NCBI GenBank assembly: GCA_039189765.1
Contig: JBCCYL010000006.1
Location: 64,001 to 128,000, forward strand
DNA from: Cyanobacteria bacterium P01_F01_bin.150
Lineage (GTDB): Bacteria > Cyanobacteriota > Cyanobacteriia > CAKZMO01
Direction: 5' to 3'
DNA: 64,000 bases
Below are positions 1 to 8,639 of the stretch, one piece after another. The position numbers were made by a program, and so were the translations under genes. Position 1 is the first letter of the stretch. The number at the start of each line of letters is the position of its first letter. Under the pieces are notes generated by a model. That model saw only the letters and a list, made by a program, of their open reading frames with translations. It made no database searches and was not told where the DNA came from.

Positions 1-2
1 AA

Positions 3-365
3 CTCTTTCAAGAGCTAACGACTGCTTACGCTGATTTGAAAACTGAGATATCACATATTGCTTCTCACTATCCAGCGCCAGAGGATGAGTTTTCGTTTTT
101 GGAAGAACTTGAACTTGTAGTGATGAGCATCTGTGGATATGTAAAACAGGTTCAATCTTCCATGACGGTCAAACGGTTGGATGATGCGATCGCCCACCTC
201 CAATCCTTACAAGTGTTTGCCATTCCTGTCATCGCCCAATTTTACCGAACGGAGAGCGATCGCTACCCCAAAATGAAGCGCTATCTGCAACTGTTAGACT
301 ACTTACGGCTGCTGACATTAGAGTATTTGCAAGCCCCAAAAGCGGAGCAACCCATCCCTGCATAG
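3..365 (+). CDS. hypothetical protein, 5'-truncated by window edge
   Basis: The frame of ORF 36..365 is open back to base 3 (LFQELTTAYADLKTEI...). Helical, protein-like composition with no recognised motif. Confidence 0.6.
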   Translation, partial: LFQELTTAYADLKTEISHIASHYPAPEDEFSFLEELELVVMSICGYVKQVQSSMTVKRLDDAIAHLQSLQVFAIPVIAQFYRTESDRYPKMKRYLQLLDYLRLLTLEYLQAPKAEQPIPA

Positions 366-517
366 GGTACCGACTAGTTATGATGTGGAGTCTTTCCAGA
401 AGGCTATTTCGTCTGATTCCATCGAAAAATTGAAGTAGATTGCGTAGGGTGCCATATAGCCTATCGGCATTCAAGAACAGCGACAGCGTAATGCACCGTT
501 TTAGAGTTGTCACGCTA

Positions 518-862
518 CTAGAGCAATAGGCTGAGAGCGATATTAAAACGTTTGGCAAGGGTTTGAATCTGCTGAACGGTTAGAGGTTGAGAGCCTTTTA
601 GAACAGCAGTTGCTTCATTTTCTGTCTCAAACGGGGGAACCAAATCTTGAGGCTGTAGGTTCTCTTCTGCCATAAGAGCATTTAGCAATTCAATACCCGT
701 CAGCAGGTAGGACGGTTCGTGCTTTTGTTCATAGTCGTACACCAACATGCCCAACACATTTAAGAAGTCTCGATCATCCTGAGACGGGGTTGTTTTATCC
801 AATATTTGATCAATTTGTTTTTGGGTTATGTCCAGCTCCGTTTCTGATGTAATGTGCGTCAA
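518..862 (-). CDS. HigA-like antitoxin / XRE-HTH regulator, probably N-terminally truncated
   Basis: ITSETELDITQKQIDQILDK...DRDFLNVLGMLVYDYEQKH...LLNALMAEENLQPQDL...VLKGSQPLTVQQIQTLAKRF matches the cyanobacterial HigA pattern. Possible TTG start at 862 behind GGGGA. Confidence 0.65.
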   Translation of the reverse strand: MTHITSETELDITQKQIDQILDKTTPSQDDRDFLNVLGMLVYDYEQKHEPSYLLTGIELLNALMAEENLQPQDLVPPFETENEATAVLKGSQPLTVQQIQTLAKRFNIALSLLL

Positions 863-863
863 G

Positions 864-1085
864 TTATTTATCCCCCAACCAAAAGCTGTCAGGCAAAGGC
901 TTATCGAAGTCCTTTGCCATAATGCATTGGCCAGAATTAAGTCCTGGCGATCGCACCTTCTCAATTGCTAAAACTCCAGAGGGCTGAGCCTGTAGCTCGG
1001 TCCCTTGCAGAAGTTGGGTAGCAAGATAGATTTGATCTTTGACCGTTAATTTCTTCGCTTCCGATAACAGTTCTTGTAGGGTCAT
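864..1085 (-). CDS. DUF2281-like small antitoxin-type protein
   Basis: C-terminal RSPGLNSGQCIMAKDFDKPLPDSFWLG motif, typical of DUF2281/VapB-like proteins. Confidence 0.7.
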   Translation of the reverse strand: MTLQELLSEAKKLTVKDQIYLATQLLQGTELQAQPSGVLAIEKVRSPGLNSGQCIMAKDFDKPLPDSFWLGDK

Positions 1086-1241
1086 TGCCTCAACCGTAAA
1101 CGTCTCTGATTCTATTTTATGCGAACCGGAAGGGACAGACGGACTAATGTTATTGCTGCTGGGCCTCTACTGATGAGCTTTTGGGGAGGTCGATCGCGAT
1201 ATTAGGCAGGGAGGGCGATCGCGCTGGCTGTTTTGTTCCGT

Positions 1242-1288
1242 GGCGATTGAAATCGCGGCTAGGCGAACGAAGTCCACATGCGTGGACT
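1242..1288. repeat. cyanobacterial REP-like palindromic element
   Basis: GCGATTGAAATCGC palindrome followed by an AGTCCAC-ATGC-GTGGACT hairpin. Confidence 0.55.
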
Positions 1289-1318
1289 GGAGAGTCCGTC
1301 AGGCACTTCTTGGTGGCC

Positions 1319-1351
1319 AGATCCCAGGGTTCTTAAAGAACCCTGGGATCT
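1319..1351. repeat. perfect 16-bp inverted repeat (REP-like/terminator)
   Basis: AGATCCCAGGGTTCTT-A-AAGAACCCTGGGATCT, just downstream of the 1377..1631 gene. Confidence 0.7.
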
Positions 1352-1376
1352 ACGTCCGCTGGAATCTACGTCCGGT

Positions 1377-1631
1377 TTAATTGACCTGTACTTTTTTGGT
1401 TAAAACCACCATAACTTCAGAGGGCCGTCCGGTGGGGATGGGTTTACTCCATTCGTGGGGTTCGGCATAGTTTAGCTTGTACAGACACTTAATCACCGCC
1501 TGCACCGTGTCGGGGCGACCATACAGGTGATGGCGCACCAATTCATACTGGGGCGATCGGGATGCATCATCTGAAGAATAGGCACCACCATCATTGGACA
1601 CAAACGCGTCCGAGTTAGAAACTTGAAACAT
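1377..1631 (-). CDS. small cyanobacterial hypothetical protein
   Basis: 84 aa. VRHHLYGRPDTVQAVIKCLYKLNYAEPHEWSKPIPTGRPSEVMVVLTK resembles a small-protein family I recall from filamentous cyanobacteria. Confidence 0.7.
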   Translation of the reverse strand: MFQVSNSDAFVSNDGGAYSSDDASRSPQYELVRHHLYGRPDTVQAVIKCLYKLNYAEPHEWSKPIPTGRPSEVMVVLTKKVQVN

Positions 1632-1739
1632 TTGTTCTGATTTCCTGAATAGGGTTTGGATAGGAAACCAGAACCCAATAGGTGATTAGCCGTCCCCGAA
1701 CCTCTGGTGCAAATCGGGAGACTAGGGCATAATCAACCC

Positions 1740-1815
1740 AAGTCCTTAGACTGGCATTCGCAGTTTTTAGGGATTAGCCGTCGGTTAGGTGCTAGGCACA
1801 CCTACCGATGGCGCT
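1740..1815 (+). ncRNA. candidate two-hairpin small RNA divergent from the 1377..1631 gene
   Basis: -10-like CATAAT at 1728-1733. Hairpin 1: AGTCCTTAGACTG/CAGTTTTTAGGGATT. Hairpin 2: GCCGTCGG-TTAGGTG-loop-CACCTA-CCGATGGC. Carries a direct repeat of the 1684-1694 sequence. Confidence 0.45.
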
Positions 1816-1938
1816 AAATGCTTATTGAGTTCTGCTCCGGGGTGGTGATAGCGAAACGCGATCGCCACCCTTATCAATGACCATAAGCCGACTGCGGTTC
1901 TTTCGTCAAGCAGAGGGCCGTTGGGAGTAGGGCAAGTG

Positions 1939-1966
1939 ATTTTGGATTTTAGATTTTGGATTTTGG
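1939..1966. repeat. STRR-type heptamer tandem repeat ATTTT(G/A)G x4
   Basis: Read directly from the sequence. The same unit recurs at 59436-59470. Confidence 0.85.
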
Positions 1967-2025
1967 AGAGCACCAGGGCTGATAGTCACCGCAAATGTCC
2001 AGCAGGCCATTTCGCCAATGACTCG

Positions 2026-2056
2026 TTCCCCTCCTGGGAGGGGCTAGGGGTGGGTT
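2026..2056. repeat. short palindromic intergenic repeat TTCCCCTCCTGGGAGGGGCTAGGGGTGGGTT
   Basis: CCCCTCC/GGAGGGG hairpin plus a G-rich tail. Resembles dispersed cyanobacterial repeats. Confidence 0.5.
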
Positions 2057-2133
2057 TACCCCTACCTTTGCTTACAAATCCTCCCATAATGGGCAAATTA
2101 TCTACAGATAGTAAAGCGTCACCCAAACCAACC

Positions 2134-2748
2134 ATGCCCTCCCCAAAAATTAATCAATCACCCAGAGTCAGTACTCCATTCCTGATATTTTTATTCGGGG
2201 GAAGTGCCGTCATACTATGGCTTACACTGCCCATATGGGTACGACCCAGGCCCAGCTGGTTACACTATCGAGAGGCTTTAACATTGGTCGCAACCATAAA
2301 TCGAGCACAAGAATATTACTATCGTGAACAAGGCAAATTTGCCCCAGATATCGATAGTTTGGAGCTAGGCATCACCAGCAAAATTAAGCACTATCGCTAT
2401 CACACCGAAATCCTAAGCGAGACCGCCGTTCAAAACAGAGGAATTTCAGATGAAACCCACACCAGCCGCTTCTGGCCTATCAAAAAGTTTTTTCATAATT
2501 CCTTGGGCCTAGGAGACTATGTAGACCTTCCCCTCTACAGCCACACCGGGCTGGTCAGAATCGTAGAAGATGAAAACGGCGAAACAATAGTCCAGACAGC
2601 CCTATGTACAAGCATTAAGCCCACCAGTGAGACCCCGCCCACCTTCTTATTGCCAGATGCAGCCATAGAACCAGAGACAGAGACAGACCCGAGCAACATC
2701 GACAACGACATCGACATTCCCTGTCCAGACGGATATAAGCCACATTAG
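2134..2748 (+). CDS. type IV pilin-like G/H family protein
   Basis: One TM segment, then EALTLVATINRAQEYYYREQGKFAPDIDSLELGI...YRY and C-terminal Cys residues (TALC...IPCPDGY). Start taken at ATG 2134 because the upstream extension runs through repeats. Confidence 0.75.
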   Translation: MPSPKINQSPRVSTPFLIFLFGGSAVILWLTLPIWVRPRPSWLHYREALTLVATINRAQEYYYREQGKFAPDIDSLELGITSKIKHYRYHTEILSETAVQNRGISDETHTSRFWPIKKFFHNSLGLGDYVDLPLYSHTGLVRIVEDENGETIVQTALCTSIKPTSETPPTFLLPDAAIEPETETDPSNIDNDIDIPCPDGYKPH

Positions 2749-2793
2749 CTACCATGGTAGGCTAGCACCCATATCTTTACAGGTGGATCAACT

Positions 2794-4161
2794 ATGCTGA
2801 ATCAAGCCTCCCTGGACGCGATCGCCACGGCCCGCACCAACGAAAACCTAGCCCATCCCCTCTACGACACCTACTGCTTTTCCCAAATTCCCCAAGCGAT
2901 CGCCCACTGCCTCACCGGCGAAGGCGACCTGGGACTCCCCGCCGACGTGCTCACCGGATTACCCACTACCTACCAAAAGGTAGTATTTATCTTTATCGAC
3001 GGCTTTGGCTGGCGCTTTATCAAGCGCTACGGCGACAACCTGCCGTTTCTCAAACGCTTTTTTGATAACGGCGTTGTTTCCCAACTGACCAGCCAGTTCC
3101 CCTCCACCACCGCCGTTCATACGACGACTATTCATACTGGCCTACCCGTCGGCCAGACTGGCATTGTCGAATGGAACTACTATGAACCCAGCCTTGATCG
3201 GGTGGTGTCGCCCCTGCTCTTTTCCTATGGTGGCGATCGCGACCGGGAAAATCTCAGCCAGGCAGGAGTAAACCCCAAAACAATCTTTCCCTTTTCCACC
3301 CTTTACCAGCGATTAGGAGAGATTCCCTCCTACTGTTTTCAGCATCAAAGCTATGCCCATTCTTCTTTTTCCCAAGCCGTTTGTGATGGAGCTACGATTG
3401 TTCCCTATCGCACCATTCCAGAAGCAATTACCACCCTACGCTCCTATTTAGACCAGCCAGGACAGGGCTACTATCTCCTGTATATCTCCAGTGTGGATGC
3501 CATTTCCCACCGCTATGGCCCCAGTTCCAGCGAGGCAGAAACCGAGGTGGAAACAGTGTGTGACCTGCTGGAATCATTACTTTGTGAATATATGGGGTCA
3601 TTAGCAACTTCATCGACGAAATCATCGCCAAAATCATCAACAGATACATTAATGCTCGTCAGTGCCGATCATGGTCAAATCGATATACTGACGGACAAAA
3701 AGGTGTATTTAAAGCAGCGCTGTCCCAAACTAGGGCAGTGGATGAAGCGCGATCGCCGGGGCGAACTGCTGGTGCCCAATGGTGGCCCCCGTGATTTCTT
3801 TGTGCATGTGCGAGAGGGCATGCTGGAGGACGCGGAGGCCTATTTAGAACAGCGGTTAGAGGGCTGTGCCACGATCTATCGAACTCAATGGTTACTGGAG
3901 CAGGGCTATTTTGGCAGTGAGGGTCCTCGGTTGCGCGATCGCCTCAGTGATTTAATTGTGATGCCCCACAAACACGTCACTATCTTTTGGCAACCCCGCT
4001 TTCAGGATCGCCTCAGCCATTGGATGCGCATTCCTGGCAAGGAATTTAACCAGCCCTGGCTCCCTAAAAAAGTCCGACAGCTAACCCGAGCCACCCATGG
4101 CCACCACGGCGGCTTGACCGAAGAGGAAATGACCATTCCACTGTTGGCTTGGGCCGTATAA
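2794..4161 (+). CDS. alkaline phosphatase superfamily / type I phosphodiesterase-nucleotide pyrophosphatase
   Basis: Motifs FIDGFG, FPSTT, DAISHRYG, SADHG and GHHGG. Confidence 0.85.
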   Translation: MLNQASLDAIATARTNENLAHPLYDTYCFSQIPQAIAHCLTGEGDLGLPADVLTGLPTTYQKVVFIFIDGFGWRFIKRYGDNLPFLKRFFDNGVVSQLTSQFPSTTAVHTTTIHTGLPVGQTGIVEWNYYEPSLDRVVSPLLFSYGGDRDRENLSQAGVNPKTIFPFSTLYQRLGEIPSYCFQHQSYAHSSFSQAVCDGATIVPYRTIPEAITTLRSYLDQPGQGYYLLYISSVDAISHRYGPSSSEAETEVETVCDLLESLLCEYMGSLATSSTKSSPKSSTDTLMLVSADHGQIDILTDKKVYLKQRCPKLGQWMKRDRRGELLVPNGGPRDFFVHVREGMLEDAEAYLEQRLEGCATIYRTQWLLEQGYFGSEGPRLRDRLSDLIVMPHKHVTIFWQPRFQDRLSHWMRIPGKEFNQPWLPKKVRQLTRATHGHHGGLTEEEMTIPLLAWAV

Positions 4162-4210
4162 TCTGCGTTGAGCAACCCCTTGACTCCTTGAGATTCCTCA
4201 ATCTTAGAAA

Positions 4211-5464
4211 CTATTCAAATAAAGCGTCCACCGCTGCTGCAAATTGAGGATCATCCAGCGTTCCCCTTAACTGTTGATTATCTGAAAATCGCTGTCGATC
4301 CTCAGCCGTTAACGGCACTACAATATCAGGCTGTAGCCCCACTCCATTAATATCTTGGCCATTGGGTGTTAACCACTTGGCAACGGTCACCGCTAGGCCA
4401 GGACCATTTGACCGATCTCCCAAGGGTTTTACTGACTGAATAAGATTATTCCCAAACGTTGCAGTCCCCACTAATAGCGCTCGTTGGTTGTCCTGCAAGG
4501 CCCCAGCTAAAATTTCACTGGCGCTAGACGAACCCTCATCAATCAGAACCGCTAGGGGTTTATCGGTCAACTGTCTGCCGTTCGCCTCTTTCTGGTCCGT
4601 AATACCTTCACGATTAATCATTGAAAAAATTAAACCTTCATCCATCCACATCCGTGCAATCTCAATGGAACTGTACAAAAGTCCTCCAGAATTTGAACGC
4701 ATATCCAGGACATAAGCTTGAACATCCTCAGACTCAAGCTCTCGAATTGCATCTCGCATCTCTGACGCTGCATTGGCTGAAAATTGAGTAAAGCGTATAG
4801 AGCCAATGGCACCATAAGGTGATGGGTAGGACTCATATTTCACGGGACGAATGTCAATTGGACGACGCATAATCGTCAACTCTATAGGCTCACCAGCCCG
4901 CTTAATGGTGAGGTCAACCTCAGCATTCACGTCTCCACGTAACAACACCATCACCGTGGTAGTACTCATGCCGTCTGTAGACTGTTCATCAATTAAGGTA
5001 ACAATGTCACCGAATTGTATCCCTGCTTCAAAGGCAGGTGTATCTTCAAGGGGAGAAAAAGCAACAATTTCATTAGTTTGCTTATCCTGAAAGACACGCA
5101 GCCCTATGCCAACATTCCCCTCAGATGAATCGACCCTCATGGCATTAAATTCAGCAGGTGTCATAAAGCGAGAAAGAGGATCATCCAAGATCGCCATCAT
5201 TTCCTTAATGGCAGCATAAGCGGCATCCAGATTGTCGTAAGACCGACCGAGAAACTCACTGCGTACCGTCTGCCAATCCTGCTGATTAAACGTTTTATCA
5301 ATGTAAGTCCGATTGATTTCTTGCCAGACAGTATCAACCAGTTCCCTGGGATTTACTTGGAAATATGTGGCTTGAGATTGGGCGATCGCATCCTGAGATA
5401 ACGTAACGGCAGGAATACTAACCATCATGCCAGCGCCGATTAAAAAGGCTGAAAGATGTTTCAT
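4211..5464 (-). CDS. C-terminal processing protease, S41 family (CtpA/B/C-like)
   Basis: Signal peptide, PDZ domain (GIGL), LDMRSNSGG, SSSASEILAGALQD. The usual catalytic Lys (TFGKG) reads TFGNN. Confidence 0.9.
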   Translation of the reverse strand: MKHLSAFLIGAGMMVSIPAVTLSQDAIAQSQATYFQVNPRELVDTVWQEINRTYIDKTFNQQDWQTVRSEFLGRSYDNLDAAYAAIKEMMAILDDPLSRFMTPAEFNAMRVDSSEGNVGIGLRVFQDKQTNEIVAFSPLEDTPAFEAGIQFGDIVTLIDEQSTDGMSTTTVMVLLRGDVNAEVDLTIKRAGEPIELTIMRRPIDIRPVKYESYPSPYGAIGSIRFTQFSANAASEMRDAIRELESEDVQAYVLDMRSNSGGLLYSSIEIARMWMDEGLIFSMINREGITDQKEANGRQLTDKPLAVLIDEGSSSASEILAGALQDNQRALLVGTATFGNNLIQSVKPLGDRSNGPGLAVTVAKWLTPNGQDINGVGLQPDIVVPLTAEDRQRFSDNQQLRGTLDDPQFAAAVDALFE

Positions 5465-5595
5465 TGTACTGAATATGCTAGAGAACAGATTTAAATCACT
5501 GATTCATAAGTCTCAAGACCAAGCAAATATGCAAGTTAGGGTGTATATTTATCGTTAGCTTGAAGAAAAATAGCCCAAATTGCAACACTAAGCAT

Positions 5596-5632
5596 CAGAA
5601 AGTCCCAGCTCATCCTGAGAATCAGCTGGGAC
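5596..5632 (-). terminator. putative Rho-independent terminator
   Basis: GTCCCAGCT...AGCTGGGAC stem followed by TTTCTG on the minus strand, downstream of 5680..8061. Confidence 0.55.
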
Positions 5633-5679
5633 GACAATGATTGCCCTGTATTTCAAACCATGCGTTCAATGGATAGGCA

Positions 5680-8061
5680 CTAAATAATCAGGTCAGCCGC
5701 ATCAATTTGACCCACCTGAATATTTTCCAACCGAACGGTATTATTTTGAGCAAACGTAATTAAAGTATCATTGCCTACCTGCTGAAGATTAAGGGCATTG
5801 GGATCGATCGCCCCAGCCGCCACAAACGCACTGACATCCAGCAAATCCGTGCCATCCTGAAAATCCGTGACCACATCCGCACCCAAATCCGTGGGGGCAA
5901 AGACAAAGGTATCCGCACCACCATTCCCTGTCAGCCGATCATCGCCCAGACCACCGACCAGTTGCTCCGCTCCAGACCCACCCGTCAGCGTATCCGCACC
6001 ATCGCCACTGAGGATAGAGCCATTAACCGTTCCCTGGCTGCCATCGTACGTATCGTTACCGCTACCCAACAGCACATCACCGTTTAAGGTGCCGCTATTA
6101 TTGACCACCACAGACCCGATCGCCTCGATGGCATCGATCGCAGCCCGATTTCCAGTAATAATACCGCTGTTGTTAATCTCTCCAGCCAGAGCCACATCAA
6201 GAATTTCAACCCCGGCATCCGTCGCCAGAATAGAGCCGCTATTGTTGATATCGCCCTGGAACGTGACGCTGTCATCCCCCACACTAGAGAAGATCCGCAC
6301 CCCGTCACCGGACTGGTTGCCGTCCGCATTGCCCCGACCATACACTGTACCCTCATTGTTAACGCTGGCCGTTACGGTATCGCCACTGACATCTCCGGTC
6401 TGGAGGGAAATGCCTGCGCCGTTATTATCAGCCCCGGCATCAACAACACCATTGACGCCATTGTTAATCACATAATCATCCGCTGTTCCATCGGAGTAAA
6501 TTGTGCCGTTGCGCTGGTTGCCGGTTCCTAAAACGCTGCCATCGTTATTAAACGTCACTCCTGAGCCATCGATATTCACCGCACGGCTGGCACTCTGAAT
6601 AATTCCTTCATTGTCTACCACCGCAGTGTGGTTACCCGTGCCAAAATACAAACCGTTCTGCACACCGTCAATTAGCCCCGTATTAATCACGGTGCCGTCA
6701 AAACTGAGACCATTGGAAAAGCGAATCGCAGATGTGGGACCTTGGGTACTTTCAGACAGAATAGAGCCGCTGTTGAGAATATCGCCCTCAAAGGTCGTGC
6801 CGCCGCCGTCTACTCCAGAGAAAATGCGAATTCCATCTCCAGCCAAACCGCTGGTGGCGTCGCCTTGTCCCCGGCCTTGGATCGTTCCGGCATTGACAAT
6901 GGATGCCTCCACCGTATCGCCAGCGATCGCTCCCGTTTGTAACGCAATACCTGCGCCCTGATTCCCTTCACCCGCATCAATCAGGCCAGCGGTCCTATTG
7001 AAAATAGAATACTCATCCGCAGTGGCGTCAGAATAAATCGTGCCGTTGCGCTGATTGCCGGTCCCTAAGATGGAGCCTGAGTTATTTAAATCCACTCCAG
7101 TACCGTCAATATTGAACGCACGACTACCGCTTTGAATCGTGCCTCGGTTGTCCACGATAACGGCATGATCTGCATCACCAAAATACAAACCATTTTGGGT
7201 TCCATCAATCACTGCATTCTGGGCATTAAAAATTCGCCCTTGAAACCGCAGACCATCAGAAATCCGAATCGCCGAGGTGGGTCCTTGGGTACTGTCCGAC
7301 AGAATATTGCCCCGGTTAATCAAGCTACCGCGATAGATCGTACCGCCACCCTCTACACCGGAATAGACTCGAACACCGTCTCCCGCCAGTCCACTGGTGG
7401 CGTCCCCTTGGCCGCGACCTTGGATGGTACCCGTATTTCTTAGAGAGACATTCACCACGTCATTGGTAGTATTTCCTAATTCAAGGGCAATCCCTGCACC
7501 CTGATTACCGTCCCCTGCATCCACAAGACCATTGCGGCGGTTGGAAATGCGAATATTCTCTGCCGTGGCGTCCGCATAGATCGTGCCGTTACGCTGGTCA
7601 CCGGTGCCTAAAATATCGCCTTGGTTAATCACGGTGACATTACGACCGCCGATATTGACCGCACGACTATCGCTGGTGATCGTCCCGCTATTGCGCAATG
7701 TGCCCGACGACTGACCACCGTTGACAAAATCAACGCCATTAACGTCGCCATCAATCAGACCCCGGTTGATGATTAGCGATCGCCGTCCCGATACTTCCAC
7801 CCCTGTCTGCTCTGCCGTAATCTCACCGGATTGTTGGTTACGCACAATTCCACGGGCACCGTTCACTTCCACCGTCGCCGTTTCCCCCGTAGTGGAAGCG
7901 CTACCGCGATTGATAAAGGTGACGCGTCGATTATCCAGCGCTAGCACTGGGTCTCCATCAACGGTGGTCGAGAATCCTTGGCCAAGAATAAAGCGATCGC
8001 GATTTCTTGTGCTGGAACGGGGCTGATTATCATTGTTGGGGATATTGATCTGCTGTGCCAT
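5680..8061 (-). CDS. large Gly/Asn-rich repeat surface protein with C-terminal RTX Ca-binding repeats (likely T1SS substrate)
   Basis: About three ~190-aa internal repeats (GTGNQRNGTIYSD...GAGIALQ...GRG...GDG). GGxGxD nonapeptides and a DVVTDFQDGTDLLD tail. No signal peptide. Confidence 0.8.
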   Translation of the reverse strand: MAQQINIPNNDNQPRSSTRNRDRFILGQGFSTTVDGDPVLALDNRRVTFINRGSASTTGETATVEVNGARGIVRNQQSGEITAEQTGVEVSGRRSLIINRGLIDGDVNGVDFVNGGQSSGTLRNSGTITSDSRAVNIGGRNVTVINQGDILGTGDQRNGTIYADATAENIRISNRRNGLVDAGDGNQGAGIALELGNTTNDVVNVSLRNTGTIQGRGQGDATSGLAGDGVRVYSGVEGGGTIYRGSLINRGNILSDSTQGPTSAIRISDGLRFQGRIFNAQNAVIDGTQNGLYFGDADHAVIVDNRGTIQSGSRAFNIDGTGVDLNNSGSILGTGNQRNGTIYSDATADEYSIFNRTAGLIDAGEGNQGAGIALQTGAIAGDTVEASIVNAGTIQGRGQGDATSGLAGDGIRIFSGVDGGGTTFEGDILNSGSILSESTQGPTSAIRFSNGLSFDGTVINTGLIDGVQNGLYFGTGNHTAVVDNEGIIQSASRAVNIDGSGVTFNNDGSVLGTGNQRNGTIYSDGTADDYVINNGVNGVVDAGADNNGAGISLQTGDVSGDTVTASVNNEGTVYGRGNADGNQSGDGVRIFSSVGDDSVTFQGDINNSGSILATDAGVEILDVALAGEINNSGIITGNRAAIDAIEAIGSVVVNNSGTLNGDVLLGSGNDTYDGSQGTVNGSILSGDGADTLTGGSGAEQLVGGLGDDRLTGNGGADTFVFAPTDLGADVVTDFQDGTDLLDVSAFVAAGAIDPNALNLQQVGNDTLITFAQNNTVRLENIQVGQIDAADLII

Positions 8062-8639
8062 GATGTGTGTCCTCCGTTGCCATCTGTGTGGCGGTGTATG
8101 TCACTACTAATGAGAAAAAACCGACCAAAGAAAACTGAGTCATCGTCTTTGGGCCAATCGTCTCTGTCAACGCTTTTATAGTGAATGCCCTGGCTGAGAA
8201 TGAAGGTCAATAGGAAACGACAGATTGTTCGCCTGTTTCTTAGCCGATTCTCAGATTGAAGGCGATCTACATCAGGTAAACATCAGGTGAACAATGGAGA
8301 TGCGTGCGCCCCAATTTGCCACAAGTTTGTTCCGCCATACGTTGGCACCCAGATTGAAGTATCTGTAAGCAAGCTGAAAATGGCTGTATAGTTTTGAAGA
8401 TTTTCTGTAAATAGCCCAATGAGGTAAGGGTTCAATCCCTAATCGTCATCTGTGTTACCACCTTGACACCCGTGAGGATGAACAATATTGATACAAACTC
8501 CAAACATAGCGTTGTAAATATTTTCAGCGTTACTGATGACTTCTGCCACGTTAATCATTTGGAGTTGTCACCTTGGAAGAGTTGCGTCTATCCAGACGCA
8601 TTTATTTAATCCCTATCAATTTCTATTGTTCCTCTTGCC

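Noticed and set aside
1921..2133. N-terminal extension of the pilin-like ORF, and ORF 1785..1973
   Set aside because: These are translations of the heptamer and palindromic repeats (LDFRFWIL / [10 protein letters not shown]), not real coding sequence.
5867..8210. Several long + strand ORFs and alternative-frame ORFs over the repeat surface protein
   Set aside because: Antisense shadows of a Gly/Asn/Asp-rich gene with no independent motifs.
8425..8445. GGGTTCAATCCC, T-arm-like motif
   Set aside because: I could not build an acceptor, D or anticodon arm, so it is not a tRNA.
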